The notes beneath the pieces were generated by a model. That model ran no database searches. It had not been told where the DNA came from and saw only the letters and a list, made by a program, of their open reading frames with translations. Both the position numbers and the translations under genes were made by a program. Positions 38,591 to 51,100 of a DNA stretch of 64,000 nt are shown piece by piece; position 1 is the first letter of the stretch, and the number at the start of each line of letters is the position of its first letter. Source of the stretch: Eledone cirrhosa (taxonomy: Eukaryota); contig OZ024746.1 of the NCBI GenBank assembly GCA_964016885.1, positions 15,128,001 through 15,192,000 of the forward strand, written 5' to 3'.

Positions 38591-40235
38591 ATATATATAT
38601 ATACATATAAAAAGTCTGCCTTTCATTTTGAGGGAAAAACTTTTGTAGCAGAAGCTCTCTGAACTTTTTCTGTGCCATTTACACTCTGGCTACTTTACTT
38701 ATAAAACACCCCCCTCCACTGCTAATTTGGTCACTGAAGTATCAGAAGCTGTCTTTTATATATATATCTATATATATATATAGGATCTTTTACTAGTTTC
38801 AGTCATGCTGGAGCCCATCCTTGTAGAGTTTAGGATTTGATGATGAATGATTCAGTTGTTCAATGAATGGAGCAAGTGACTGAGCATTCCAGACACAATT
38901 ACTTTTAACATAATTCTATTGATGGTCAGGTCAAGTTTCTATCTGCTACTGGTACCAGGGTCCACCTGACCAGAGTCTGAGAAGGAGGGTAAGTGGAACC
39001 CCAGCAGAGCTATTAATGTGCAGATGAACTCCTCAGAATCAACAGCCATCCATCCCAAATATGGGTTAAATAGCCTCACCAGCTTACAATTGGCTAAGCA
39101 TATGGCTACACTCACTATGACCAAAACCAAACAGATAGCAGTGGAGAGCAACCAGGGAGGGGTTCCTCTAATAGGAGTGAGAAGGCCCTGGATTGGAATT
39201 GTATTGCACTCAGAGCTGGAGCTGATGTCTATGGAAGATGTATATGTCTTTGTGGCAGCCCCTTTGACTCCAGGGGAATCCATGGATTGTATTGCCATCT
39301 GAACACATGTAATTTCGTTCATTATACTGAGTAAACCTAATTATGAAGTCAATACTCCTTCAATTCTGGAGCCAGACATGTTGTCAAGGTTTGATGGGAA
39401 GAGGCCAGAGGGTCTTACTCTTTGTCTCTGGGTGAGAGGAAGATGTCTTATTTAGGGACACCACAGTTAGCATCTCCTTTGCTCCTTCTCCCATCCCAGA
39501 TGCTGCGGTAAAAGTGAGGGTCCCAACATCTGTAGCTGGATGGCATAAAATGATAAAATACCAGGAATTATTGGCAAATTATTTTTTCCAGCCTATGGTG
39601 TTCCAGACATTTTAGGGAGCTGGGTTGTTGACAATGAGGTTCTTGTTATTGTTGTTAGCTTGTCTTACTGAGGTATCAAGCGATACCCTTGAGAGTGTTT
39701 GGTAATTCCCATGTCTTAGCCTCGCTATCACTTGCAATAAAGCTGTGTGTTGGCCAGCTTCAAAAAGTATGTCATGTAATTGAGTGTGCGTTTCTTCTCT
39801 TTTTGATATATAAATTCTTGTATTGTGTTTATTTGTATGCATTCTATTGAAATAACCTTGTACAGACTTTTTGTTAGAAAATAAAAATTAAACACAAGCA
39901 CCATATTTGAATATCTGGACTTTGTACCTATTATGGTATGCATTACATATATAGGCGGCAAATTGGCAGAGTTGTTAGAAGGTCAGATAGAATGCTTTGT
40001 GGTATTCGTTTTGGCTCTCTCCTCTCAGAGTTTAAATCCTGTTGAGGTCAACTTTGCCTTTCATCCTTTTACAGTTGATAAAAAAGTACCAGTCTAGTAC
40101 TGGCGTCGATTCTTCCTCTATAAATCTTCCTAATTCCCATTATTTCTATCCTTCTCTGAAAGGAACCTGTTAGGCTCTAACCCGGAGAGGAATAGACTCC
40201 GTCAGGTTTAAAAATACCCTAGTAATGCTGTATGT

Positions 40236-40548
40236 CAGATGTTGTCAAAGAGGGCGCTACCGCCACACGGGGCTGAAAAGGTCCATGGGTGCGCTGCTTC
40301 ATATGGGCGCGATAGAGATGATATAATAATATATCAAATGTTAAATGATACATTTATAAAAATATAGTAAAATATATAATAGTTATTTATACATAGTATA
40401 TATTTATTATATATAAATTAACGATTTTACTTATATATTATTTGTAATTTGCGTGTAGGCAGGTCTCGTTGAAAATAGGGTTGAGGGGCACTGAGGATAT
40501 TACGTGGCCGTGAAGGGTGCGAGTGCCCAAAATATTTGAGAACCTTTG
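40236..40548. mobile_element. hAT MITE inserted in a SINE tail
   Basis: Ends cagatgttgtcaaa / tttgagaacctttg; TSD CTGTATGT / TTGTATGT (1 mismatch); right TIR matches the large hAT at 9494-9507. Confidence 0.75.
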
Positions 40549-41753
40549 TTGTATGTCAATATAGTACCCCTACGACTCCTCCAGGAGTTACGGGTCCACA
40601 CATACATTATATATATATAAATATATGTATATATATATTGGCTGGAAGGGTCTTCCTTCTCTGCTATTTGCAGTTATAGTGGGTTATCGAAACAAATATA
40701 AATTTTAAGAAGTATATATTTGTGTAACACCCAAACAAACTAAGAACGTAGCAACATATCAACAATAATTATACATCCTCGTTTCTTCTGTTTTACATTT
40801 TACTTCTGCATCATTTCAGCTTGTTATTAAACTAGAAAATAATCAAGGACTTGTGAGCTTTTTTTTTAAAGACGGTAACGTGTAATTTGATGTACATTTG
40901 AATGCTATTTCTAGCAGGTCGAGTGACAACAGAGAAGCTATATGGCTTATTTGAAATATAGAAAATGCAAGCATATATTGAATACATAATGTAAAAGGAT
41001 AAATAATTTTCTATATCACAAGGATATGGTCCACGTGGAGTAGATTTATTCGAAGCGAAAAAAGTAAAATAATAACAAAACCAGAAATGTTAAAGAAAAG
41101 CGGATTTGGTAGGTTTCAAACGAAAAACGAAACAGTTAAACGAGATGCGAATCTGGACAAGTAACTCGTTTTTACGCCTCTCTATATGTTGTATTACTAA
41201 TCAATTATATATAGAAATATTAAAGCTAATTTAAAGTAAACTTCAATATCTACACTGCACTGTCGGAAAAGTTTGCTAGTTTCAATTGTTTCATAAAATT
41301 TCACTTTTTCAAATAACCCATAACTGGAATTTGAACATTTAATTTGATGACAGAAAAAAGTCAAATAACTGAACGAAAAAATTGGCATCAGTATTTTCTA
41401 GTAAAACAAAAATACGGTTAAAGCTTCTAATTAATTTTTTACACCACTATTTGTACCTTGTATGCACCTCATTAACTTTATATAATTTTAAATTGAGTTT
41501 TAACGGAGAATTATGTTTATATATTATATAAAATAATAAACTCTTGATATAACTAAAAATGACAAACCAGCGAAAATATTAGAGAACTACGAGCTCTAGA
41601 AACACACGTACATACAATGATCTATCACTCGCGGTAATGCTGAAAATGTGTTGGCTTGCCCCTAAAAGTATTAGAAGGAGGCTCAGGTACCCCTTGTGCT
41701 GTGTGCCACCGATTGACACACATAGTGTTGAATTAATAGTTTCTTTAGATTTG

Positions 41754-41791
<38 letters not shown>

Positions 41792-41983
41792 TGTAATTAT
41801 TAACAACACAGGCCTGCTAGAAATAACAGGCAAAACACAATCGAAATTTTCTTTTTAAAGGGTAGATTGGATATGATATTACTGCATAAAAAAGAGAACA
41901 AAGCCAAATTATGGTAAAGAACAAGAACGTTAATTTTCATTATTTCCAATTTTTTTTTTACTGAACAAAATTTCACAGCTCAC

Positions 41984-42159
41984 CGCTTCGGGACGTCGAA
42001 AGAAGATCGAACATAGCAATCAGCATATTGTTTCATTTTACCAAACATGTATAGTTTATGTATTATATTATATTTATCTTGGATTACGTTGACAGAGACA
42101 AATCCCCCAACAATACAAAGGGAGAGGAATAGCCATAATAGAGTTATTAATGATACCAT
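41984..42159 (-). CDS. SRD5A3: Polyprenol reductase exon 1
   Basis: ATG at 42159; MVSLITLLWLFLSLCIVGG...LYMFGKMK...SSFDVPK/R then gtgag donor; 176 nt. The five exons sum to 909 nt = 302 aa + stop. Confidence 0.88.
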
Positions 42160-42309
42160 TATCTCTTAAACAGTAGAATACAAACAGCGAACGATTTAGT
42201 CTATGAATAATAATGAAAAAGTTAAAGAATTTTCCCGTAAACAAGCTTCCAAGAAAAGATAACTCTAGTTAGTACATGAATTACTTCTCTTTAAAGAGTG
42301 TTTTTTTTT

Positions 42310-42500
42310 ATCTATATATATCTAAAACAGAGAATGTCTAAAACAGAGAATGTCTGTCTGACTCCCTAAAACTCAATAACCACCCAACCGACTTTTTTCA
42401 AACTTTTCACATGTAATACTTATGGTCCTATGAGTGTTTTGAGCCAACAATTTTCAAATTTTCAATGCCCTAGGGACCGCATTAGGCGATTTAGCGATAT
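42310..42500 (+). mobile_element. Helitron 5' fragment about 150 bp upstream of the SRD5A3 ATG
   Basis: Homologous to 25143-25180 + 26626-26760 (aaaacagag.atgt.tgtctg, taaaactcaa, gccctaggg.c.gcattaggcga). Confidence 0.6.
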
Positions 42501-42759
42501 CTCTCTATAATTCTTAGTCTTTCTTTTTAGATATATACATAAATATAACGTCGCGCCCTTATAATTGTTTCTACTTTAGGCACAAGGCCAGCAATTAACC
42601 AGTGCATTACTGGTACTTTATTTTATTGACCCCGTAAGGATGAAAGGCAAAGTCAACGTCGCGCCCTTATAATATCAATCTGTCTGCATTACGACATTAT
42701 GACGCTATATGTGTGTGTGTGTGTATATATGTATATATATATATAGTGTTGGTGCTATT

Positions 42760-43341
42760 GGTAACATGTATCCCAGTACAACCTGTCTCATGGTCGGGTC
42801 GTTGGCGACTAAACTGGCAACCCCACCAAGGTTTCATGGTGAGGAGGGTGACTTTGGACATCCTGCAGGACTAAAAACAAAACCTGTCAAAGGGCAAAGG
42901 AGCTCTTAAGAGTCACTGGCCATCCAAAATCACCGGGAGAGATGACTCCTTAGCCTTTGTCAAGGCAGAATTCTAGGAGAAGGAAAACTCTGATATAACA
43001 CCTGCAACCCTGATGGTATCCAATGATGTTGACTTGTTCTTCTTTTTGGTAAATATCATCTTGGTTAAGAGAGTGGGACTGGCTTTGTGAAGTGCCTTTG
43101 CTCACTATAAAAGCTTCACGGCACAGGCATTGCTTTATATCTGGAGATCTCTCTGCACTTGTCGTCACATGGTACCATGGACCCAGCACTGTGTCAATAA
43201 TTGTCACAAGTGTAGTGTTTGTACCAGAGTTTTCAAGTCGCTAGCTGGACTAAAAAGTCACACTCGTTCAGTGCATCGGTAGGGGTTCTCCTACATGGAT
43301 ATAAAGTAGTGGCCGTACTCGAAAACGAGTTGGCAGCCACC
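42760..43341 (+). mobile_element. Dispersed non-coding repeat; near-identical inverted copy at 5497-5947, diverged copy near 51170-51425
   Basis: 42892-43341 is the reverse complement of 5497-5947 with only a few substitutions; contains ggcgactaaactggcaacccc and ctaggagaaggaaaactctga, recalled from RTE 5' UTRs. Confidence 0.75.
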
Positions 43342-43481
43342 ATATATAGTGTATATATATATACTCTCTCTCTCTCCTCCTCTCTCTCTCCTTTTATGTA
43401 AGAAATCGGCTGTGTTCAGACGTGGAGACGAGATGGGTTCCGCTAGGCTTAATTTAAAGTGCTAGGGTTGATATAATCAAC

Positions 43482-46400
43482 TGTAGCCGGACGCATTCGG
43501 ACTTACCTTGCGTCTCTCTGGTCCACGTGCGGGTACTTTCCGCTTGCGTCTGTCTTCGCACGCCCGTCTCCTTCCAGGGCGTATGGCTAAGAGGCCCCTG
43601 TTGACTGTCTGGTCCCTCGAGTCGCCCCCGTCCTCCTTCTTCCGGTCAGGCGTCCTCCAACTTCCGCAAATCCCCCTCCCACGGCAGCTCTACACCTCCC
43701 CTCTATCTCGCGGCAGCCCCCCCCCTGATCTCAAGAATCAATCCCCCCCATCACACTGCTCCATCTCAAAATCCGCCATCCACATAGGTTGGCGGCGGCT
43801 CCGTTGCGATCTCCGCACTGTTGGAGAGGCACTTTCATTTTCCTCTTCCTCGGAGTCCGTCACCACAACGACTTTACGGACGTTCAAGACGTGACGTGGC
43901 ATTCCGTCCACAGACGTTTTGGGAATTTACGGCGGTTACCATTCCTTTTCCCCATTGAGATGTGCAACGCGCGTTCGGTGGCTTGACCCATACCTCTTCG
44001 CCCACTCGTACGAGTGCGCTCTCTCTCTCCACCGGCTGCTGTGGTACCGTGCACGGGTGTCGCCATTCATATCTGTATATTGCCCTGTGCGGGTCCGACT
44101 CCTCGGCCTATCCCACCCGCGGAGACATGTTGTACCAGAACACTGCTTCCGTTGGCGAAATGTGCCCCCTTTCCGCCATGGTCTTGATCGTGCGATGATG
44201 TCTCTCCACGATCCCATTTCCGCTCGGCCTGTATGCCGCTCTGAAGAAGCGGTTCACCTTCCACTTGTCAAACATTTCCCTCAGCGCCTCCGAGCGAAAC
44301 GCCGTACTGTTGTCCATCAGCAGTTCACCCACAGGGTCCCGCTCCAAGAATATCTATCTCAGTGTCCGCACGATTTCCTCCGCAGTCCCTGTCTTCCTTT
44401 CTCTCCATATCGCCATCCGCCCCGGCCCACAATCGACCATCGAAAGATACGTTCCTTGTCGATAGTGTGTCACGTCCACCGCTAATCGCTTCCAGTTATG
44501 CTCCACCGGGATGCTTCCTGTCTCGTGCAAACCCGGGGCAGCGTCGATAGACTGTCATCTGTCGAAACCTCCGACCACTCTCTGGACACTCTGTCTGCTA
44601 ACATCAGAGTCGATTCTTCTGGCTAGGAACAGGGTCATATCCACCCCCATGTGGTGCATGGCGTGCGTGCAGTCCCTTCAACTCCGAATCACTCAGCCGA
44701 CACACTGCCGCTATCACCTTCACCCTGGTTAATACGTCTGCCCTGTTTTTTTCTGAGGGCACAAAAAACACACTCAACTCCAGACCGAACTCAGTGGTCA
44801 GCTGTCCCAGAGTTTCCAGGCGGCGCTTTATCAACATTTCTGCTGCCCCTCTCGTTCGCACCCTCCTCTCACTGGTAAGCACTGATTTCACGCATCCGAG
44901 TACAGTGGCCGAGTTAGTGCGGATTTCTATGGTGCGCAGCCCCCATCTCAGGGCGAGATTCACCCCTCTCAGCACAGCATCCAATTCGGCCACGTTGATG
45001 TGGTTGTAGTCCTCCTTCTTCCTCAGCCAAGCGGCGTCTTCGACCTCGACGCCCCTATCTCCAGAGTAACCCCTAGTGCTATGCTACTGGCATCACACCA
45101 TACGGTCCCACTCTCCGATTTGGGGACGTACCAGCGTCCTTTCACTGGGTCATCCGCCTTTACCCTCTCCACAATTTCCTGGATCATGGCCACTGTCCTC
45201 TCTCCAACCCTGTCAGCCCAGCTCACTGCGTCTGCTCGTCTCTTGACATAGCTGCATGCCGTCCGGAGCCATCCTGCGATCGGATAGTGGCCCACCAATT
45301 TACTACACATTGAGAAGAGTTCCCGTCTATCCATATCGGGGCCCCATTTCCGGGACTTCGTTACCCCTCCGAAACACGAGTGTGCCCGTCTTATCCCTTT
45401 GCAACCCGAGTCCTAGCGCGGCTCCTCCTTCCATCGCCTCCGGCGGTTTCGTGGCCAGCCCGAATCTTCCCAAGTGGCCTGAGACTTCTGCTGCTGAAAC
45501 CACCGTCTCGTCCACCAAGATTTCGTTGATGTAGGAGTTGGTAGCCCTCTTCACCTTGTCCGCTTGCCCCAGAATGGCCTTGAGGACCGTCGCCATGGTT
45601 TTTGGCGCAGAGTTAAACCCGAAGCCAAGCCTGGTCAGACAGTATGTCTGGCCCTTATACTGACCAGCAGCTGATATTTCCACAGCTTCTCATCCACGTG
45701 TAACTGCAGATATGCCGACTTTAAGTCGACAATCGTGGAGGCTCCCGTCATTCGTTTCCACTCTCGCAAAGTTTCCCCGCAAACATCCGTGACCTCACCG
45801 CCTGTGTGACATGACACGTGTTCGTTCAGCTCACGAAAGTCCAGCACCGGCCTAACCTTGTTCTTCGTGGGTTGCACCACTGCCATCAGCGGCAACACTC
45901 CACACTTCACCTCCTCCTTTCAAGGAAGCAGTATACCCTCTTCGATCCATCTCTGTGCCTCTCCCTCAAACTCGCTTTTGGTATTTCCTTTCAGGGTATG
46001 CTGATAGCAGCCCATTCTGTTCTTCAGCGTTGGTGGATCTCCCTTCCAGTACCACTCAACTACTCACCGCTGCCCATCGAACACCGCCCTGAAATCCTTC
46101 TCCTGTATGGTATTTTCTTCGTGAATCGCCCTGTTCTTCGTGGATTCTCTCAGCACGCTCACAGTACATAATGTCCTCTCGCTACCAAACGTCACCACGA
46201 CTTCAGTCACTGTAACACCTCCAAGGCAGCCAATCGTGTCCATGCCCATTGCTACATCGATTCCGTCCACCACCTGGTCAATCACGATCGCCCGAAGCCT
46301 AATTTTTCTTCCCCGTACCACCATCGACACCTCGCTGGTACTTCTGCATCTAATCTCTCTGCCCTCGACTGCCCTTGTACTGCTCACCCCGCTCCACTTT

Positions 46401-47622
46401 TTAACCACCTCCGTGGTCACTATTGTTGTGCAACCCGTGTCCACGAGTGCTCGCGGTGGCTTCCGTTCCACAAAAACTTCCACTACGGGCAGCGACTGCA
46501 AAGGCGCATCTACTCGCCTCCAGGGGTGGCTACCGGCGCAGTAGCCCCCTGGTCGCAATTAATTTCGATGTGGCCTGGCCACTTGCAGCGATAGCAGACT
46601 ATAGCTGGCTTCAGCTCTCTGCAGTCCCTTGCCATGTGCGGGCCCTGGCACCTGAAGCACCGCTCTCCGAACGCACGCGGACGACTACTCACAGCGGCTG
46701 GTCTCCTTTCGACATACGTTGGTTGCTGTCGACTGCCATGGGCTTCCGTCGCTGCCAGCGTTGCAACACTCCACCTCGTGTCCTGTGTTACTATGCGGGT
46801 CTGTGCAATGAGCAGCTGTTGGAGCTTCACGGAGATTTCCTCGGGGAACCCGTTCATAAAAGCCAACCGCACGGCGCATTCGCATTCTACCGCGAATCCC
46901 ACCAACGTAGCCAACCGCCGTAACTCTGTCGTGGACACGTCCACGTGCTCTCCCTGCCATCTCGCTCTGCCTAGCTTGGCAAAAGCAACATACGGTGAAC
47001 GCTTCCTTAAGTCGCTGTCCTATCCTCTCCGCGTTCAGTTGGTCGCTCTCGTCCATCTCGAGGTACAGTGCTAGGGCATCCTCGTCGAGATATAGACCGA
47101 TCAAACCAGCAACGCTGTCAATGCCTTTCAGCGAGGCGACCAATGTGACCTTTCTCAACCAGGCCACATCATCTCCTTCGCCGTTAAAAGCCTTGATCGT
47201 CTCGCTATTTAATCTCAGTTTCACTGCCATCTCCCCTGCGAGATCGGAAAAAAAATCAACAACGATACCCCACGAAAGAGAACAAAAAAAAAAAAAAACA
47301 TTAAAAAAAAAAGCTAAACTAAAGGGCTGCCGTGCTGGGAGTAAAAATGCCGAAAGATGGGAAATTTCATTAAACGCCAAAATAGCTTGTAGCCGGACGC
47401 ATTCGGACTTACCTTGCGTCTCTCTGGTCAACGTGGGGGTACTTTCCGCTTGCGTCCGTCTTCGCACGTCCGTCACCTTCCAGGGCGTATGGCTAAGAGG
47501 CCCCTGTTGACTGCCTAGTCCCTCGAGTCTACCCCGTCCTCCTTCTTCCGGTCAGGCGTCCCACAACTTCCGGCAATCCCACGGCAGCTCTACACCCCCC
47601 TCTATCTCGCGGCAGCCCCACA
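43482..47622 (-). mobile_element. Complete compact Gypsy-like LTR retrotransposon (4.14 kb), degraded gag-PR-RT-RH-INT
   Basis: LTRs 47388-47622 (5') and 43482-~43720 (3'), outer ends TG...CA; 5-bp TSD TCAAC at 43477-43481 and 47623-47627; gag ATG 47230 with two zinc knuckles; ALVDTGC, WCDAS, LLMDN...GNGIVER; multiple frameshifts; inserted in a SINE tail. Confidence 0.95.
47376..47387 (-). promoter_or_regulatory. Non-canonical primer-binding site, complementary to tRNA-Phe(GAA) nt 1-12 (one G:U)
   Basis: AGCTATTTTGGC immediately after the LTR-terminal CA on the minus strand. Confidence 0.7.
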
Positions 47623-47959
47623 TCAACTTCCCCCCTCTGCCAATTTCTTAGCCATATGCCTACGTTAGAAAGAATTATTAAAGTCACAGTGGATTCCAAG
47701 AACCATTAGTGTCGAACAAAATGCCTATTTCTTCCAGCGCTTTATTTTCCGAGTTCAAATCCCACCAAGGTCAACTTTACCTTTCATTCTTTTGGGGTTG
47801 ATATAATCGATTTTCTCCTTCCATCAAATTGCTGGCCTATGCCTTAATTAGAATACATTATTAAAATTTCTTCATTTTCAGATAATAGCTGATTAAATAC
47901 GATCATAAAACTCTGAGTACCTATGAAAACAGATGCTTAGTTGCCATGTATTTTAAGTA

Positions 47960-50900
47960 ATGTCTGCCTGACTGTATGTCTGCCTGACTGTATGTCTGCC
48001 TGACTGTACGTCTGCCTGACTGTATGTCTGCCTGACTGTATGTCTGCCTGACTGTATGTCTGCCTGACTGTATGTATGTCTGACTGTATGTATGTCTGTC
48101 TGTATGTATGTATGAATGTCTGTCTGTATGTATGTCTGTATGTCTGCCTGACTGTATGTATGTATGTATGAATGTCTGTATGTATGTATGTGTGTATGTC
48201 TGCCTGACTGTATGTATGTCTGTATGTCTGTCTGTATGTATGCCTGACTGTATGTATGTATGTCTGCCTGACTGTATGTATGTCTGTATGTATGTGTGTA
48301 TGTCTGCCTGACTGTATGTATGTCTGTATGTCTGTCTGTATGTATGCCTGACTGTATGTATGTCTGTCTGTATGTCTGTATGTATGTATGTCTGCCTGAC
48401 TGTATGTATGTCTGTATGTCTGTCTGTATGTATGCCTGACTGTATGTATGTCTGTCTGTATGTCTGTATGTATGTATGTCTGCCTGACTGTATGTATGTC
48501 TGCCTGACTGTATGTATGTATGTATGTCTGTATGTATGTCTGTATGTCTGCCTGACTGTATGTATGTCTGCCTGACTGTATTTATGTCTGACTGTATGTA
48601 TGTCTGTCTGTATGTATGTATGAATGTCTGTCTGTATGTATGTCTGCCTGACTGTATGTCTGTCTGTATGACTGTATGTATGTCTGTCTGTATGTATGTA
48701 TGAATGTCTGTCTGTATGTATGTGTGTATGTCTGCCTGACTGTATGTATGTCTGTATGTCTGCCTGACTGTATGTATGTCTGCCTGACTGTATGTATGTC
48801 TGCCTGACTGTATGTATGTCTGCCTGACTGTATGTATGTCTGCCTGACTGTATGTATGTCTGTATGTATGTCTGTATGTCTGCCTGACTGTATGTATGTC
48901 TGTATGTATGTCTGTATGTCTGCCTGACTGTATGTATGTCTGCCTGACTGTATGTATGTCTGCCTGACTGTATGTATGTCTGCCTGACTGTATGTATGTC
49001 TGTATGTATGTCTGTATGTCTGCCTGACTGTATGTATGTATGTATGTCTGTATGTATGTATGTATGTCTGCCTGACTGTATGTATGTCTGCCTGACTGTA
49101 TGTATGTCTGCCTGACTGTATGTATGTCTGCCTGACTGTATGTATGTCTGCCTGACTGTATGTATGTATGTCTGTATGTATGTCTGTATGTCTGCCTGAC
49201 TGTATGTATGTCTGTATGTATGTCTGTATGTCTGCCTGACTGTATGTATGTCTGCCTGACTGTATGTATGTCTGCCTGACTGTATGTATGTCTGTATGTC
49301 TGCCTGACTGTATGTATGTCTGTATGTATGTCTGTATGTCTGCCTGACTGTATGTATGTCTGCCTGACTGTATGTATGTCTGTATGTCTGTATGTATGTC
49401 TGTATGTCTGCCTGACTGTATGTATGTCTGTATGTCTGCCTGACTGTATGTATGTCTGTATGTATGTCTGTATGTCTGCCTGACTGTATGTATGTCTGCC
49501 TGACTGTATGTATGTCTGTATGTATGTCTGTATGTCTGCCTGACTGTATGTATGTCTGCCTGACTGTATGTATGTCTGCCTGACTGTATGTATGTATGTA
49601 TGTCTGCCTGACTGTATGTATGTCTGTATGTATGTATGTATGTCTGCCTGACTGTATGTATGTATGTCTGCATGACTGTATGTATGTATGTATGTATGTC
49701 TGTATGTCTGCCTGACTGTATGTATGTCTGTATGTATGTATGTATGTCTGCCTGACTGTATGTATGTCTGTATGTATGTATGTATGTCTGCCTGACTGTA
49801 TGTATGTCTGTATGTCTGCCTGACTGTATGTATGTCTGTATGTATGTCTGTATGTCTGCCTGACTGTATGTATGTCTGCCTGACTGTATGTATGTCTGTA
49901 TGTATGTCTGTATGTCTGCCTGACTGTATGTATGTCTGTATGTATGTATGTATGTCTGCCTGACTGTATGTATGTATGTATGTCTGCCTGACTGTATGTA
50001 TGTATGTATGTATGTCTGTATGTCTGCCTGACTGTATGTATGTCTGTATGTATGTCTGTATGTCTGCCTGACTGTATGTATGTCTGTATGTATGTATGTA
50101 TGTCTGCCTGACTGTATGTATGTCTGTATGTCTGCCTGACTGTATGTATGTCTGTATGTATGTCTGTATGTCTGCCTGACTGTATGTATGTCTGCCTGAC
50201 TGTATGTATGTCTGTATGTATGTCTGTATGTCTGCCTGACTGTATGTATGTCTGCCTGACTGTATGTATGTCTGCCTGACTGTATGTATGTATGTATGTC
50301 TGCCTGACTGTATGTATGTCTGTATGTATGTCTGCCTGACTGTATGTATGTCTGTATGTATGTCTGTATGTCTGCCTGACTGTATGTATGTCTGTATGTA
50401 TGTCTGTATGTCTGCCTGACTGTATGTATGTCTGCCTGACTGTATGTATGTCTGTATGTCTGCCTGACTGTATGTATGTCTGCCTGACTGTATGTATGTA
50501 TGTATGTCTGTATGTATGTCTGTATGTCTGCCTGACTGTATGTATGTCTGCCTGACTGTATGTATGTCTGCCTGACTGTATGTATGTATGTATGTCTGCC
50601 TGACTGTATGTATGTCTGCCTGACTGTATGTATGTCTGCCTGACTGTATGTATGTCTGCCTGACTGTATGTATGTCTGCCTGACTGTATGTATGTCTGCC
50701 TGACTGTATGTATGTATGTATGTCTGTATGTCTGCCTGACTGTATGTATGTCTGCCTGACTGTATGTATGTCTGTATGTATGTCTGTATGTCTGCCTGAC
50801 TGTATGTATGTCTGCCTGACTGTATGTATGTCTGCCTGACTGTATGTATGTCTGCCTGACTGTATGTATGTCTGCCTGACTGTATGTATGTATGTATGTC

Positions 50901-51100
50901 TGCCTGACTGTATGTATGTCTGCCTGACTGTATGTATGTCTGCCTGACTGTATGTATGTCTGCCTGACTGTATGTATGTCTGCCTGACTGTATGTATGTC
51001 TGCCTGACTGTATGTATGTATGTATGTCTGCCTGACTGTATGTATGTCTGCCTGACTGTATGTATGTCTGCCTGACTGTATGTATGTATGTATGTATGTA
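47960..51100. repeat. 3.1-kb tetranucleotide-built array (TATG/TCTG/CCTG/ACTG; core 20-mer tgtctgcctgactgtatgta)
   Basis: Visible directly; the 870- and 1050-aa ORFs are translations of this repeat. Confidence 0.97.

Noticed and set aside
2450-42159. In-frame SRD5A3-DHCR7 fusion via the acceptor before the DHCR7 ATG
   Set aside because: Acceptor needs a phase-0 donor; SRD5A3 donors are phases 2, 1, 1, 1.
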